A stretch of DNA of 64,000 nt, from the NCBI RefSeq assembly GCF_009914755.1, contig NC_060925.1; one strand, 5' to 3'. The notes under the pieces were generated by a model. That model was not told the origin of the DNA. It did no database searches and was given only the letters and a program-made list of their open reading frames with translations. Below are positions 26,569 to 41,808 of this stretch, in pieces (the first letter of the stretch is position 1; each line of letters opens with the position of its first letter). The stretch comes from the human T2T-CHM13v2.0 reference genome, Homo sapiens. Made by a program: the position numbers and the translations under genes.

Positions 26569-29500
26569 CAAAGCAAGATATTCTTAATGTTAAAAAATGT
26601 TAAGGACAAAAATAGAAAGTATTATTATTAATTATTAGCTTTGGACATAACAATAAGAGATTATCATATTATGCACAACTGGAAAACTAAGGACTTTTTC
26701 ACTTATGTTCTATAATTCAATTTCTAAAGACAGAAACTATATATGAAAGTCAAACCTAGATCCTAATCAACAAACAGCCAAACCAAAATCCCCCTCTAAT
26801 TGAGGAGCACAATGAGAATTTAAAGAATAATAATAAAGAAACAGGAATTGAATAGCCTGTTCCTCTCCATTTGGAAAATCATATACTAGGATTATTTTGA
26901 TTGAGATCTCCCTGACTACCTGTGAGAAAAGTAAAGAAAATGATGATAAAATGAAATGCTATTTTTATTTTCTTCACAACAAAATTAACACCTTTTTAAT
27001 CTTTTTGATATACCAAGCATTTCACGAAATTTTCTTATTTCAGTTCTCAGCAGCACAGTGTAGTATATATTAAGATCTCATTTGTACTCTTGAAGTCAAA
27101 CTGAATACTATAGTTTTCCTGTTGTACTCTACTGTAACCTAAAAATAACCAATTGCAAATTGAAAGTTATTTCTTAGAATTTTTGAGGTCACCTTTGCAT
27201 AAAATAAAAATTCAAATGAAAGAATACTATTATCTCAAGCTATTAAAAGCAAGCAAGTGTTCTGAGTAACTACATATTATGGGTTTTCATTGAGTGTTTG
27301 CTTTGTATAGTTTAATATTTTGAATTAAAGTGATAGTTTAAATCTACTAAATGTGATTTATTTTAAAACATGTACTGAAAAGTCAAAAATTAGAAAACAT
27401 TTTTCATATTACATATGATATTTATTGGGTTGAAAAGTATAATCATGGCTAAACTGGATTAATTTACTTATCTGTTCCTCAGAAAAATTGTAAGATTAAT
27501 CCAATAGGCTTTGATTATTCAATCTTATTATAAATTGCTTTATAGTACTACTAAAAATAAGACAATTCAACACTTACATAGTTGGTGTCTAACAATGGGA
27601 GACATAATAAAATTTCAGAGAAATGAGATGACACTTAATATTTTGCTAAAATGCAATCATACAATTTTAATTAAAATCTGTTTTTTCATGTTCCCATACA
27701 ATAGATAATGACAAGGATATAAGGATATGAGGGTCATTTCTAACAAGTATTATTTTAAGTGATAATAGCGTGAAAATTCAGAACTACAACTAAAAAAAAA
27801 GGAAAAATTATAACATCATTTGCCAAGAAATATCCTGGGTACAAAAAAAAAGTTTTAAAGACATTGCTCTTTTAGGACATCAGTCAATACTCAGGTATTA
27901 TATTCCATGAACATATTCAAACATAAATAAATAAGGTAATACATTATCTTTTTACATGTGTAAAAACACAGATTTTCATTTTTGGATGTTCATAAATTCT
28001 ATATATTCTGTAGTCAGATTAGTAAAAGAATGAGAGCCTCATTATTCAATAATTTGTATCATTGCTTTTTGGTAATGATGTATAACTTCACACTTTAGTG
28101 AAATACTGATTACAATCTATAATTTTAGATTTCAGACAACTTCAAATTGTTCTTTCTTAATCTTTACATTTTTTATTTAAAGGTAATGAATTTTTAGATA
28201 GCCAGCAAACTAAAATTTGCTACTGTATTTTCTAAAGATGTCAGATAATTCTTCAAGATATGAAATCTTGTTTTGCACAATGTAGGCCATTCGTCCTATA
28301 AATAGGTAGGATTTTGCTATTCTATTTCTATACTCCAACAAGAGTATGGAGAAATAATTGCTTTATCTTTATCTTCTGTTGAAATAAACAATAATATGTA
28401 AAAATGGGAATAAAATAATTCTGAAATTTAAAAAGACAAATTATCACTGAATATTTCTAGGAATTATAACAAAAATTACGTCTTTCAAAAAGTGTTTTTT
28501 TTTAAAAAAAAAAGTAAACTAAAAGTTAGTGATAATCCTTAAAGAAAAATGGTATTTAATTCCAAGCATCAAAGCAAACTGAATTTATCTAATGAGGGGC
28601 TACAAAAATGGCAGAAATGGATGTTTATTTGAAATAGAACTCCCTTTTGAATTTCAAAGACAAATGTCTTGGTGTATTAATAACTACCTTAAATTTTTTG
28701 AACAAAGTAGGTCATAAATTATTAAAGTAAGTAGAGACTGGATAGATTTTCATTCATGAATCTTGTAAAATTTTACAATATGCTGTTGTTATTCTTTTTA
28801 ACACCTTTGTTCATATGACCAGATTACGAGAGATTTGCTGGCAGTTATTATGTTTTCGTAATCCCTGGAGCCCCTACTACGTAATGCACTGTCTTAGGCA
28901 TAGTAACTTTTTGGAACAGGTACTGAAATGAACTCCTGTTTATTTTTTAACTTTATAAAGAATAAATATTTTTGGGCTGCTTTATTATATATGCTTGCAC
29001 TAGCAGGAGATTTCCATTATATTAATGTGCTAGCAATGCATTATTATTGCACTTTTTTATTTTTCTATTCTTTTTTATTTCTTTCTCAAAATAACTGAGC
29101 TTCCTTGTCTTCAATCATATTATACAAGTTAATACCGACCTCAGAAATGCATTCTTCTAGTCATATAACTCTGCTAAACCTGTGTTCCAGAAAATTATTC
29201 TTCTTGTTTATTTTAGCTGATCAGGCAATATAGTGCCCTGAATTACAGCTTTGTTTTCCAACTTAATGAGGGTTAGTATTCCTCTGAGAAATGTGTACTG
29301 CTAAGGAAACTAATCTCCTACTTCATCCTGTCAATACAGTCTTGTCCTACCAACAAAGAGGAAGTTAAATGCTAATACCTAATGGTAGAACTGATTAGAA
29401 GAATGAAGAGAAGGTAAGTTCCATTCCTTAAGTCGGCCCAGCACATAGGGGAAATTATTCTTAAGAGCCCCAAATACAAGAATCACCTAGGTTTTCTGAT

Positions 29501-29691
29501 AAATATAAAATATCATGGTGTTTCAACGTAGATGATCATATAAGAAAATATCATTGTAAGATTCAGATTGTACTTCATTTTAATTCATAAAGAAATTGTC
29601 AGGCACTAAAGAATGAAGTCCAAATGAAAGATGTTTAGAAAGTATATTAGATTGGAAAATCTAATTTTAATATAAAGTATAGGGAACGCTT

Positions 29692-30172
29692 TGACAAAGA
29701 CTCTTTTCTGGACCTAACTCTAGTCAGGCTCCTGTTAACTCAGTTCTCAGCCCCTGACTTCTGAGCTTCTGCATTTGTCTCTATGTTGTCCAATTTTAGC
29801 AAGAATCCTGCTAAGTCAGTTTTATTTGAATCTTCACCCTTAATATATGATCCGCCTAGATATCCGTTTGGGTTCCTCATTCTTCACTATCCTGAAGGTG
29901 ATATCTGACCACCCTGGCCTGTCTTTAGCAAGAATCCTGTTAGATCAGTTTAGCCAGAATCCCCTCTTACCCCTAATGTTTTCTCTTAGTAATTTTCCAT
30001 CCACTGATCCCCATCCTGCTCCTTGGCTAGAAATTCTACTTTTTCTTGTTGAGTTCAGAGTTGAGTGAAACAGCTGTCTTCCACTTACCAAACCCCATTA
30101 AAGTAGCCCACCTTGAATAAGGTCTATCCCACAAGTCTTTAACAAGTATTATGAATAATTTTTTTATTAACA
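29692..30172 (+). mobile_element. Complete ERV1 solo LTR, MER31-like
   Basis: TG...CA termini, 4-bp TSD GCTT (29688-29691, 30173-30176), internal repeat ttagcaagaatcctg. The start tgacaaagactc..tagtcaggctcct matches MER31 as I recall it. Confidence 0.8.
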
Positions 30173-33100
30173 GCTTCAGAAAATGTATGACAATTAATAT
30201 GTTTTACTACCAAAACAGTAAAACAGAAGACAGTTTTAAAAAAAAGATTAAAACGATATGTAGAAATGAAGTAGAAATGTTAGGTGCAGATATCAAGATT
30301 TAATTGTTGCTATGACTGGCAACATGATTTTGCCTTTCCTGGCAGAATCTAAGAATAGAAAGTGTTCCACTTGCAAGGATAATAAATGCTTTTTGTTATT
30401 AAAAGAATTTTGTCACGTAAGTGTCAATTTAAAGAAAATGTGGACAATATTGCCCCTGCACTTTTGGATAGTGTCCTCAATTTCAGTTTTACAAAGTTTT
30501 TTTTTTTTTCTTTAACAATGATCTCAAATAAAAACTAAAAGTATAAAAATGGTTCAGCAAAGATATTCATACTGCTCTAAATAATGGCTTACTAATATAA
30601 TCTAAGAACAATTCTCAATACTGGGACAAAGAAATCTTGGAGTTTGGTAACCAAATGGAAATCTCTCAATCTGTAATTGCTCCCAGGCTTACCCTGGAGT
30701 TAACCAGGCATACAAGGTGAAATGAGCTGTTTACTTAGAAGTTATTTTCTAGAGAAGCATAAATAAGAGCATGTACTCTGAAATCACTGACAAATAAATA
30801 TTACATTTAAGGAGCTTTCAAAGATGGTTCAGTAAAACTTTTTACTAAGATAAAAAGAGGTAGTACTTATCTAGTCCACAGGAAGAAACTTTCAGAATTT
30901 CAAAATAATAATCTTCAGTTTCTTTTTTACCAATTTCTAAGGAAATGAAAATGTTTCAACATTTTTAACCGAGGAATGTGTGTTACAAATATTATTAGTA
31001 AACCCCTTAACTTGTCTTCTTACTGGTTACAGAAGTCATTCAATTCACATGGTAACAATTCCACTGTAGTTTAGGCAACATGAGGCAGATTTGTCTCTGT
31101 TTTATACACTAATATCTCTGTGGCACCAACAAGAGAACTTGGCATGTAGAAGGTCCTAAATAAATGGAGTTTATTAATAATAAATTGAATAAAAAATAAA
31201 TTTGTAAATAAAACACTCGTAATGTTAATCTGATTTTTCATTAATTATTATAATTTAAAAAAATTATTGGAAATGTTTCCATTAAAAAGAAGCCAACATA
31301 TTTTGGAGATAAAAAACACAACGAACACAACAACACACAAAATGCCACTAAATCATCACTCTGAGAATTGTTATGACTATTTTCAGAAATGTCCTGGTTT
31401 CTCCATTTCTCTTTAATAGTTATTCTTTAATACCCTACATAGAAAATGCATTATTCATTGACTTTTCTCTATAATGAAGAATTAGACAACCCTCTTCTCT
31501 CTAAGAGAGTTATATTTACAGTATCAAAATTGGACATGTGTGCAAATAAAATGAGTGACCAAGCATTAAATTTGATTTAGCAGATTAATTTTAAAAAGTG
31601 TACTACAAATAGCAAAAAACTGTAAGCATCTTATGAGCAATGATTACATATTTTCATTGCTATATTCCCAGGGTTTACACCAGTGCACATAATTCATCAT
31701 ACATCTAATGTACATTTTTTAAAAAAAGGGTCAAAAACAGAAGTGATCGACAACAAGCAAACAAAACTAACACCAAGTACTTAAATCTTTATATGCTGTT
31801 TTCCAATTGCCTCCTTAACTGCCATCTAGTAAAGCATGTCAGAACTCTGGGTGTTTCTAATTAAAGAATGCCTCTTTAGAAAACCTTAGCACAACTTACC
31901 CAGTTGACAGAGAGGCTTGGATAGCCCAAATTTTAACCCAGAGGTTAGCCTTATAATGTCTCCAAAAGTTACATGGTGTCTAACTAAGCTTTCTTTCTTA
32001 CAATAAGCATCTACTTTTATCATTCCCCAATATACAATTTTGAGAACACTTGACATTTCCAAGGACCACTTGTCAATACATTAATTTAACTTCTAAAATA
32101 GCCCAAACTGTCTTCAAACTCAAAAGGTTATGAGGTACTATTTCAAAAGAAAAGTAAACCATTTTTAAAATTTAAAAACATTTTTGAAAAACATTTTTAG
32201 AGATTTTTGATAACAGTCTTTACATAAAAAAGAATCACTCAAATTTTGAAAAGAAAGAAAATTAAAATGAGACATTACGATATCTGACATAGAGAGACTA
32301 TTAAATATTAGCTATTCTTAGCATGTCATGCACAAACTAAGTGGTAATTTTTAAAATCATCTTGTTTGAACTTGTCAAGAATTACCTTCTGAACAATAAT
32401 TACAGCAATCACTGTTACTGGACTTATCTGAGACCAATATTTAGTAATAAATACATTTTAATTAATAGTTAATAATTGTCTGGTTTCAGATCTTGAGCAA
32501 ATTGTCTTCAGCTTTGACTGATGCAAATATATATCTAAAATATAGGAAAGCATTTCAAAATTATATCACTTCTGTAATTAAAGAATCATGATAATAAACT
32601 TATTTACCTTACTAAAGATTATTAAAAAGAAATATTTTAACAGTTAATCAAACACTTATTATTGGAGCTGCTGATTCTTACTTGAAATCAGAATTGATTT
32701 CCTTAATTAACAGCTATGAATGATAGGTTTAAAAAGCCTGTCATATAATGACAAAAGTGATCTTTCATTTTTATTCTGGCCTATCTTACAATTGTAATTT
32801 GTTGTTTCGTCTTTCAAATTGATTGAACAAGATATTTGTTAAAATTTCTTCATTTCATGGCTGGATGAAAGATACATACAAAAACCTGCCAGAGTTCACT
32901 CTAAAAGGAAACAAGAATCCTCTGAATTATTTTCCCTATAGGTAAGTTACTATTCAAACATATTAGCGTTACATTTTTGACCAAAATATAAAGATAGCTA
33001 CACACTTAATAAGACAATAATCTGACTTTGATATAAAAGTTCTCAAACAAGGAATTATGGATTGCAAAATTGTATATCTTTTGGGGGGTGGGAGTAGAGG

Positions 33101-36100
33101 AGGCTTATGAATCCATAAAGTGTCTCCACTCAAAAGTGAGTTAGTTGCATAAAACAATTAATTTAATTTTAAAAAGGTGTAAAAATTATTTCTAAAATAT
33201 ACTTTGAATGTCCTTTAAATTTTTTTTTTCAGGAGACCCTTTTTTCTTAGGTATGAAGTTTAAGTTTCAATTCACAGAGAAAGCTAGATTCACTTCTCTA
33301 GTTCACGTTAGGAAAAATAATAATGCTGTCTTTGAGTTACTCCAAATTACCTGCTGAAACTTTGAATAAGTAGAAATGAGTATCTTATACATCTGATAAG
33401 CACAGATTTCTTCATAATTGTTTACCCATAAATTTCTTTTAATAAAATTAACAAGTTGTTTAAAAAACTCTCTTTGGAGTAAAATTGATATTTAGGAAAA
33501 AATTACACTTTCTAGTTGTTGGTACTAATCATTGATAATTCATTTTCTTCTAGATTACTCCATTTTGAAACATATAGTCTTCTTCCTCATTATTGTTTGG
33601 TATAATCTTGACAATATTACTTACCACATTTATAAAATGTACTATTACTGTGTCTTTATATATTAGTGAACTGGTCTGGATGAATAATAAGAAATTCTAT
33701 TACTGTAAACTCAAGTATAGTCATTTAATTTTAATATTTTCAATAAGCTAGACTTGATCTATGTATTAACATGCTTGGCGTTATATGCAAAAATGTTAAG
33801 AAAGCAAGCATTAATTATCTTAAAATAGTATTTTGTGCAACTTTGCTGCATAATTTATTCAATTTTTCATAATTTTTCTTCTACCAATTTAGAGTGTATT
33901 TATAATTATTTAAGAAGTGTTCATGTCTGAAAAAAACAGTATTTCTTCTGTGTATATACATTTACAGGGCTGACGTTTCAAACCATCAGAAATATTACCA
34001 TACTAAAGTCATGAAAACCACTTTACTTATTATCTATCCCAGGAACTTCCTGATTTTATTAATTTTTGTTCTATATTTAGTTTAGCTATAACAGAAGGGG
34101 CTTTGGTGAGCAACATTAAATTGAATATTTAAAAGCAGTTACAAAAAATTTGTCTTAAAAATATATGCATAAGGTATTATATAGAACCCAATCATACTCA
34201 ACCTTCATGCAGATATGTGCTTTTTAATATGATATTTGAATAAACTCATGCTTTAATGGCTAAATTTAGTTTTTGATTTAATTTAATCACATTTTTTAGA
34301 CTGGCTTACATTTTTGAACAGCATCTGAAACATTTCAAAGAAAATATTTGTTATTAGTGACAGTGAGAATTTAATGAATCTGTAAAATAACATTGTAGTT
34401 ATATACTGGCCACTATTTGACACTGAAAAATCTAAAATGCATGGTTACTGAATTCTGGTCTTCCCAACTCTAGATTGTTTTTTAATAGTGCAATATTTTA
34501 GAGATAGCTTTTAAAATTAACAAATGCAACAGTCCAGAAAAGTTAATAAAAAAAAGCTTAATCCTGATGAGCTTGGCTAATACTCACAGAAATCAGGAAA
34601 AATAAGTCTATCTATAAGTATTCTTTCACAATAAATCTATAATGGAATATAAATGAAACACACCATTATGAGAGAATAATTCTTACATGGCAGTGAACTA
34701 TAATAAATTCTAATGTAATGTTCATGTATTTATTAATTTAATCAATAAATGTGTACTTTATAGATTTAATTTGCTGGAACTATAATATGGTAGCTACTTT
34801 ATTAGCTATTAAAAGGAATTTGTTTTGCTTTGGGTGCTTTTAAAGGCAACCACATCTCATCTGAGTTAATTAGGGTTTAGGCATTAAAACAAATACTTAT
34901 AAAAAAATAGTAAAAATAGGTTGCACTGAGGGTACTTTTTAACTCTAAACTTGAACAATAAAACATTGACAAATTATGAATAGTGATTATTGAAAATAAC
35001 AATGAAATAGAAGAATGAGAATCTATAAGATTTCTCAGTTTAGTAGATTGCATGTCATTTTTCACCATCTCAATTGATACAATCATGGTTGAATATAAAC
35101 ATTTCAAAATTTGAACACAAACATGTATTTCATGATAAAACATCAAGTAATCCAATCGACTCATTATAAATATTTATGCTATATCTTTCAATTTTTGGGA
35201 AAAGATATTGATTAGTAAATCATAATTGAGTTATTGCAATTATTAGAGCATCAATTAATTACTCTTGATTAGTTATTTTGAGTATGAAATTGGGAAATGC
35301 TCCAGAACTGTATGAATGAATACTTTATTTTAAACATTAAGTGTAGAGGAGTGGATTAAAGGCTTATAAAGTAAGCTTATAAAGTAATTATGAAGACTTT
35401 GTAATTGGATAGGTCTGCAGGTGAGTAATTGGATACAAATATTCTTGCTAGCTTATATTTATGCTTTGAAAAGATAGGGGCAGAAACCTTCAAAGTTCTT
35501 TGTGAGGATATTTCATAACCAGTATAAAATCGTTATGGTGGCTATTTGATGCTATTAAAAAATAAAAAATTAAGAACTTGGCCAGGACTTCCAAGTATAT
35601 CTTCAGTAGAAAGGTCATTAGTGTTCATTATTAAATTTTATACTCAGAGGCTCATTTTCAAAAAACAGGATAGAATATTTCCTAAAATAGAATAAATATT
35701 ATTAAACTATCCTCCTCCTTTTAGCAACTAAGATTATCCATTAGCAATCAATAATATTCACATAGATTATTTGTTATTTTGCTTTCCTTTAAAAATTATG
35801 AATTATTAACACTAAAATAATAAAGTTATACAGAACACATAGTAGTGCATGAAGAAAGTGGACAGAGTTATACTTCGAAGTGTCTAAATAAGTTTATCCA
35901 AGTAGTTGCTAAATTAAAACACCAAAAATGCCGGATGTCATCCTAATTAATTCTAGTAAACTTTATATGAGTTTGTAAAAAGCATTGGAAATTAGAAGTT
36001 TGACTGTCTAAAGTTTCTCCATTTTTAAATGATTACATGAAAATATTTTAATCTTGTTCCCAATTAAGAGTAGAGATCATCAGGTTGACAATATAAATCT

Positions 36101-36499
36101 GCTAAGAAATCAGATGTCCTTTCTATTAAATAACAATGAGAAACCAATCAAAAGCAACTATTTTGTAAAGGTGACTGTACCCCAAACTGAATAAAAGCAA
36201 AGGTAAATATACTATAAATAACAACTAATATGCCTCAGGAAGTGTATTATTTCAAGCTTTTTAAATTACACATATTGAAACTGTTATACTTAATCAATAT
36301 CAAATATTTATTAAATTCATTTGACACCATAACACCACTGACCAAGAAGATTTGATACTAGCATTAAAAAAAAGTTGAGTCAACATTGTTTATTGTGTGG
36401 AGATACAAGTTTATCAAAAATGTCTAATTAAAAATTCAAACTTACATGGTATCCCTTGAAAAATATATTTTGTTTTCATAACATATTTGTCCTTTTAAA

Positions 36500-36690
36500 G
36501 CATCCATATCTCTTATGTCATTTTATGTACAACTCTCTGAGGTAGGCATTGTTTCCTCCATGTGAGAGATGAGAAAAATAAATGAAGAGTGGTCAAGAAA
36601 TCTTACCAGGAGTACATTAATGCCAGGTAGAACTAGAACTGAAATTCAGGAAGGAAGTCTACGTGTACAAGCACTCTACTTTTCCCAATA
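36500..36690 (-). mobile_element. MIR fragment
   Basis: acaactctctgaggtaggcattgtt..agatgagaaaa. Confidence 0.6.
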
Positions 36691-37167
36691 ACCCTTTATT
36701 ACGATGTGAAAGAAAAAAACATTAAAAGCCTTAGAAGAGAACATCACTAATCATAAGCACACAATCATAATATCCAAAAATCTTTGGGATATTTTTCAAG
36801 AAAAAATATTTTTTTTCTAAAAACAATATGTGTGCAAAACAAAGATAACACAAGTTGGTGTCATATTCCAATTTGCGTCTGAACTCTTTTAATATTAATA
36901 TGCAATTTGCTAAATTACAAAATGTTTCAGACTCTTATTCTAGTAAATAACTGCCTCTTTTAAAGATAATGTGGAAAAACTAAAAATAAATACAGGAAAC
37001 ATAAGAAACTGAATCATAGGTTGATAATGAAACATAAAAGTTTGGAAATCCCAACAGTTGCATTCTTTGTACTTGTGGAGAGAAACCCACAAATACACTA
37101 CACTGCAAATAAATACACTTTTATTTAAAGAATCCTCAAATCTAGGAGTCAAGATAATGGTAGAAAT

Positions 37168-37193
37168 TACACACACACACACACACACACACA
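37168..37193. repeat. (CA)n microsatellite
   Basis: Seen directly. Confidence 0.95.
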
Positions 37194-38999
37194 CTTTGAG
37201 TCCCAATGGTTTCTTCCTACTTAGGTTTTATTTACTTAATTATAATGTACAATAACTTTGCATGGAGAAAATCAAGATGTATTGTAGTTTATGAAAATGT
37301 ACATTTCTATGATGATGATGAATTTCTTAAGATAAGATATCCTATGAGAGGATGAAATCACGTAATATTATCTGATTAAAAGAAAATGAAATTGATCGTT
37401 ATATGGTATCATGTCTATTTCATTTGGAAAACATTATTAAAACAACATAGATTTAAAATAAATACCTTCTCCCACCACCAAAAATGTGTGCATGTATACA
37501 AATATATATGTATACACACACACAAACATATATACACAATGAGCATATCTACTACAATAAAATTGCTAAGGATTAAATGCAAAAGTATTAGGGAATTAGA
37601 ATTCATTGACAAATTACTTTCCCTAGTGGAGGAAAAACTACCTTTTGCATCCAACTAAGAAAAGCACTACAACTTTGCAATTTTACAACCCAAAGTTACA
37701 ATTATCTTTCTTATTTCTTCCAGGTTTTATCAGTAAGCCATACTAGCAGAAAAATTATTGATCAGGGATCTACATCAATAAATATAAGTACTAAAACTAT
37801 TTCCAGAGATAATTTAAATAATACAATTTCTTAGAGAAGAGAAAGTGTTATTAACAAATAGAAGAGTTTTATGATGGTGTTTTAGTAATTTTTCTCTTTT
37901 TTTTTTTTTTTTTTTGCTTCACTGTGTGGAAAGTCCAGGCTCCTTCAACATGTTAGCAAAAAATAACAAAACAATATCAATAATAATAACAAAGCTTATT
38001 TGAGTATTCAGAATGTGTTTGTCATTTTAATTGAGAAAAATCTGATAGTGGAAGAAATCTATTGGCTGCTCAATCTACAAAACTGAAAATGTAAAATAAA
38101 TTTATTTGGGGAAGAAAACCCATAATTTTCTATTTTTTTTTTTTTTTCAGTTTTCCAACTGGTTTTCTAAACCCAAAGATTTTCATACTGGGGTTGTACA
38201 CTACACTGCCCTTGGGCAAGCTTTCTTCTTTTTTCCTTCTATTTTACAACCCAACCCACCCCCACCTCATGTATTTTTTCTTAAGGTGGAGAAAATAATG
38301 GAAATACCTACAAAACAGTTCTCTCGAGTAGTCAGAATTAATTTGATAGTTCAAGAAACCCTTAATAGTTCTTCACCTGTCCTTTATATATTAAGGTCTG
38401 GGACCTTAAGAAGAAGCAATGTTTTTAATGCATTTCTGCAACTGCCATCTTCCATGTTTTATTAAGATTATACATTTCTTCTTCTAACTCTCTACCCTTC
38501 CCATTTCTTCCTCTAACCTTGGTCCAGTTTCTGATTTTTGTAACGTGGCTACACATTTAAATAAATGCACACTAAGCAGTTAAATTAATGCATGTTAAAC
38601 ATCTAAACTGTTTTACCCTGTTTCGTGAATGTGAATATTAAGAAGTTATGCATCATAGCAGGACCAACTGAAAATGCATATATTCCATTGCTTGCAACAC
38701 AGAAAAAACATCACGATAGTAAAACACAAGTTATATGATTGTCAAGAAAATACATTCATTCCTTACCTGCTTAACTGCATGATGACAAACAAATCTATGT
38801 AACACGCAAAAGAAAGTCCCCAAAATCTGAATCATCTGTCTTCCAAGCTGCTGTGGCAGTTTTATATCCTGGTGCTCTCTTCTTTGCTTACGTACATTTG
38901 ACTAGATAGAATATTTTTAAGTGATACTAAGGTTAATTTGCAACCCTAGTCACCTTTTCCTTCTTTCAAACAGCCAGTGGGCATTTTACACAGCTCCAA

Positions 39000-40760
39000 A
39001 CATGCATCTTATCTTCGGAGGTAGTGCCTACACGGCGTTTCCCAGCAGAATTCCTGTTACAAGGAGGTTCCTTCTCTAAAGGGCTGATCACGTTCTCGAC
39101 CTGGTGCAAAGTAAAAGCCTCTCCGGTTCAACTCTTGGGGACTAGGAGAACAGCCATCAGAGACTTAAACTCTCTGTCACTGTTTGGCTGTGGAACCAGC
39201 AGTAACCAGCGGCCAAGAAGCACCACCCCCTCTCCGGTGGACTCTGGAAGAGAGCGCTCCCAGTCCCAGATCTTCCTACTTCCCACCCCCACCTCCAGAA
39301 AGAGGAAAATAAAAATAAAAGGCCAACTTTAAAGTGGGTATAATATAAGCTAGACAGATTCCAAACCCTCACTCTTTGCTTTTAACTTCAACCTTATATT
39401 CCAAGCTCTAGCTTCAAGTTGAAATCTAACTCTCTTCCGCTCTCCCCACCGCCCTCCAGATTCTTGGGAGTTGGTGAAGGAAAGGAAGGAGTGACCGTCA
39501 GCAATAATACTTTAACACAGAGCCTAAGAAGTCATTCAACAGTTCTAAACCCTACTTCGCAGTCAGACAAGGACAGTGATTAGGGTTTTATAAAGCAGGC
39601 ATTCTGAGGAATCGTCGTTTACTAACGTTAAATATAGCTCATTAAAATAAATAAATATTAACGCAAAAAGGTACTAAGAGACTCCAGAGATCTTAAGTCT
39701 ATTCTCTCATACAGAAGAGGTTTGCTCAAGTTTGGCTTAGGAAGGTTGGAAATGGAGCATTCTGGAAGGATGGAAACCCCCTGGCGCACCCCACTCTATG
39801 GGGCTGCAAATGCCCACACCAAGCACACGTTCGCTGCAGGGGCTGAGTGCAGAGCCTGAGCTAGCAGGTCAGAGTAGGGGACACCTTTCCTACACGCATG
39901 GGTTATTCCCACATCAACACCAAGCCTGGGGCCAGCTGGTCAACCAGGCACCTTGCTCTCCTCCGTTCCCTGAGCTCAGGTGGCATAGGCGTTGCCGTGA
40001 GCTGCGGAGAAATCTCCACGCAGAGTCGCCTGTTGATAACCCTCCAGTTAAAACGTTCTTGGCAGCGGGAGCCCCTCAGATGTAAATTTCCCTTTCACAC
40101 GCTTGAGCTTCAGGTATAATACAGCAAAACGCACTTACCTAAATACTGACTGTCTGTTCCTTACTGGATCTGACTGTACTGAAAGTTTTTTTTTTCTTTT
40201 TCTTTTTTTTTTCCTCCCTCCACCCTTGCGCAACAACAGCAGTCCTCCAAAGAGAATGTTTGAATTGAATTATATGAAGCCCTCCTTTCTTCAAATGAAG
40301 TCACGGACTCTGATGGCACTGGCTTGTCAGGCAGGACGACCGGACTGGGAAAGAGACCAGGTAGAAACTAGTGACCTAGTGACGGGTGAGGGGCGCCAAG
40401 TGGTGCGGACCACAGTCTCAACCCCCGTTCCCTCTCGGTGGGAGTCAAGGGGGAAAAGCCCTTGAATCCCGAGACGGGGGGATGGGGCGACGCTGCAGCT
40501 GGAGTACTTTTATGTCTGGGAGCTAAAAGGGCTTTTGAATTTAAAAAAACATTGCTTGGGTTGTCGCGTCAGCCATCAATGACGACAAGAATAGTTATTT
40601 CCCAGAAATTAAAAAAAAAAAAAAAAGGAAAAGAAAAGCGTGAACAATAGGTTCTTACCTCCATGTATCCCAAGAAAAGGAAATGTTGTAGAGACCAGGA
40701 ACTTGTCCTTAATTTGAGGGCGGGGGGCGGATGTTCAGAGAAAACCCTCAGTGGGTGTTA
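39000..40760. promoter_or_regulatory. Second GC/CpG-enriched block in proximal intron 1 (alternative promoter or enhancer)
   Basis: Repeat-free and CpG-retaining. Tandem GC boxes gggcggggggcgg at 40718-40730 and several strong minus-strand donors. Confidence 0.6.
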
Positions 40761-41808
40761 AAAATTACCGATACATGCAGGTTTGGCATTTAATGAATAT
40801 CGTGCTTTCCTCATTATGTGTCAATTGTGAAGTAAAAGTAAAGATTAAAATGTTTCTCAACACAACTATACGGAAGAGGAGGTGATAATCTTGTCAGTTA
40901 AGTCCATAGAAATGTTCATAAAAGCAAAAGGCACTGACCATATTAACATGCCTATTAAACACAAGGGTTGGGGGCAGACAAGTATGAAGAGTGAGGCAAT
41001 TAAATTTTTCATGTAAAGTCTATTCTTGAATTTCAATTTATCAGAACCAAGATAATCAGGGGTTTCTTCTGATTGCTCCTCTCTGAAATGAGTACTCTGT
41101 GTCCAATTAACTGTTCACCAGCTAATTCACAAAATCAGAAATGTACTGACAAATACTATGCCTGAATTAAAATACAATGCCTAAAATAACGTGCTTATGT
41201 GTGATTTGAAATATTTTAAGAAAAAAAAATGGTGCCCTCAAAACTCACAGTCCTCTTCCTACCATTCAGTGGCATTTTAGTGCTTAAGGTCTTGCTAAAT
41301 TCATAAAAATACACTTTGCAACAAAGTCCTCCTTCAGTCATGTAATTGCTTATCATGAACAAATGCTGACCTGAACAACCTTCTGAATATCCGACTAGCG
41401 AACTTTCCAGACCTTGCAATTGTCAGAAGGTCTCTTTTAAGCTCTCTCTTAGATAAACCTATAAAATGTGACATTTCAAATGGTACAGGAATGTGTGCCA
41501 AGAAGGGTTAATGGGGGTGGGGGCGATTAATGTCCGTGTAACCCATAATATAAATGAGGACAAATATTTTAAAAATAAAGAAGGTAAAAGATATTGGGGT
41601 AATACATGGGATATTGGGGTAATACATTACATGGGTTATGTCTTAGCAGTGCAGTTGCCACTAACATACTAATTAATAAATATGGCCATATGGATCTTTC
41701 AGTTCTGAAAGTAACAAAAATGTGAAAAATGAAATACTTCAACAAAACAGAGCTTATTAAAAATAGCAATAGTTAAGTTTCTAGTAACAGATAAAGAGAA
41801 TAACTTAC

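Noticed and set aside
31819-31832. CTCF-like TTACTAGATGGCAG on the minus strand
   Set aside because: Lacks both conserved 5' C residues.
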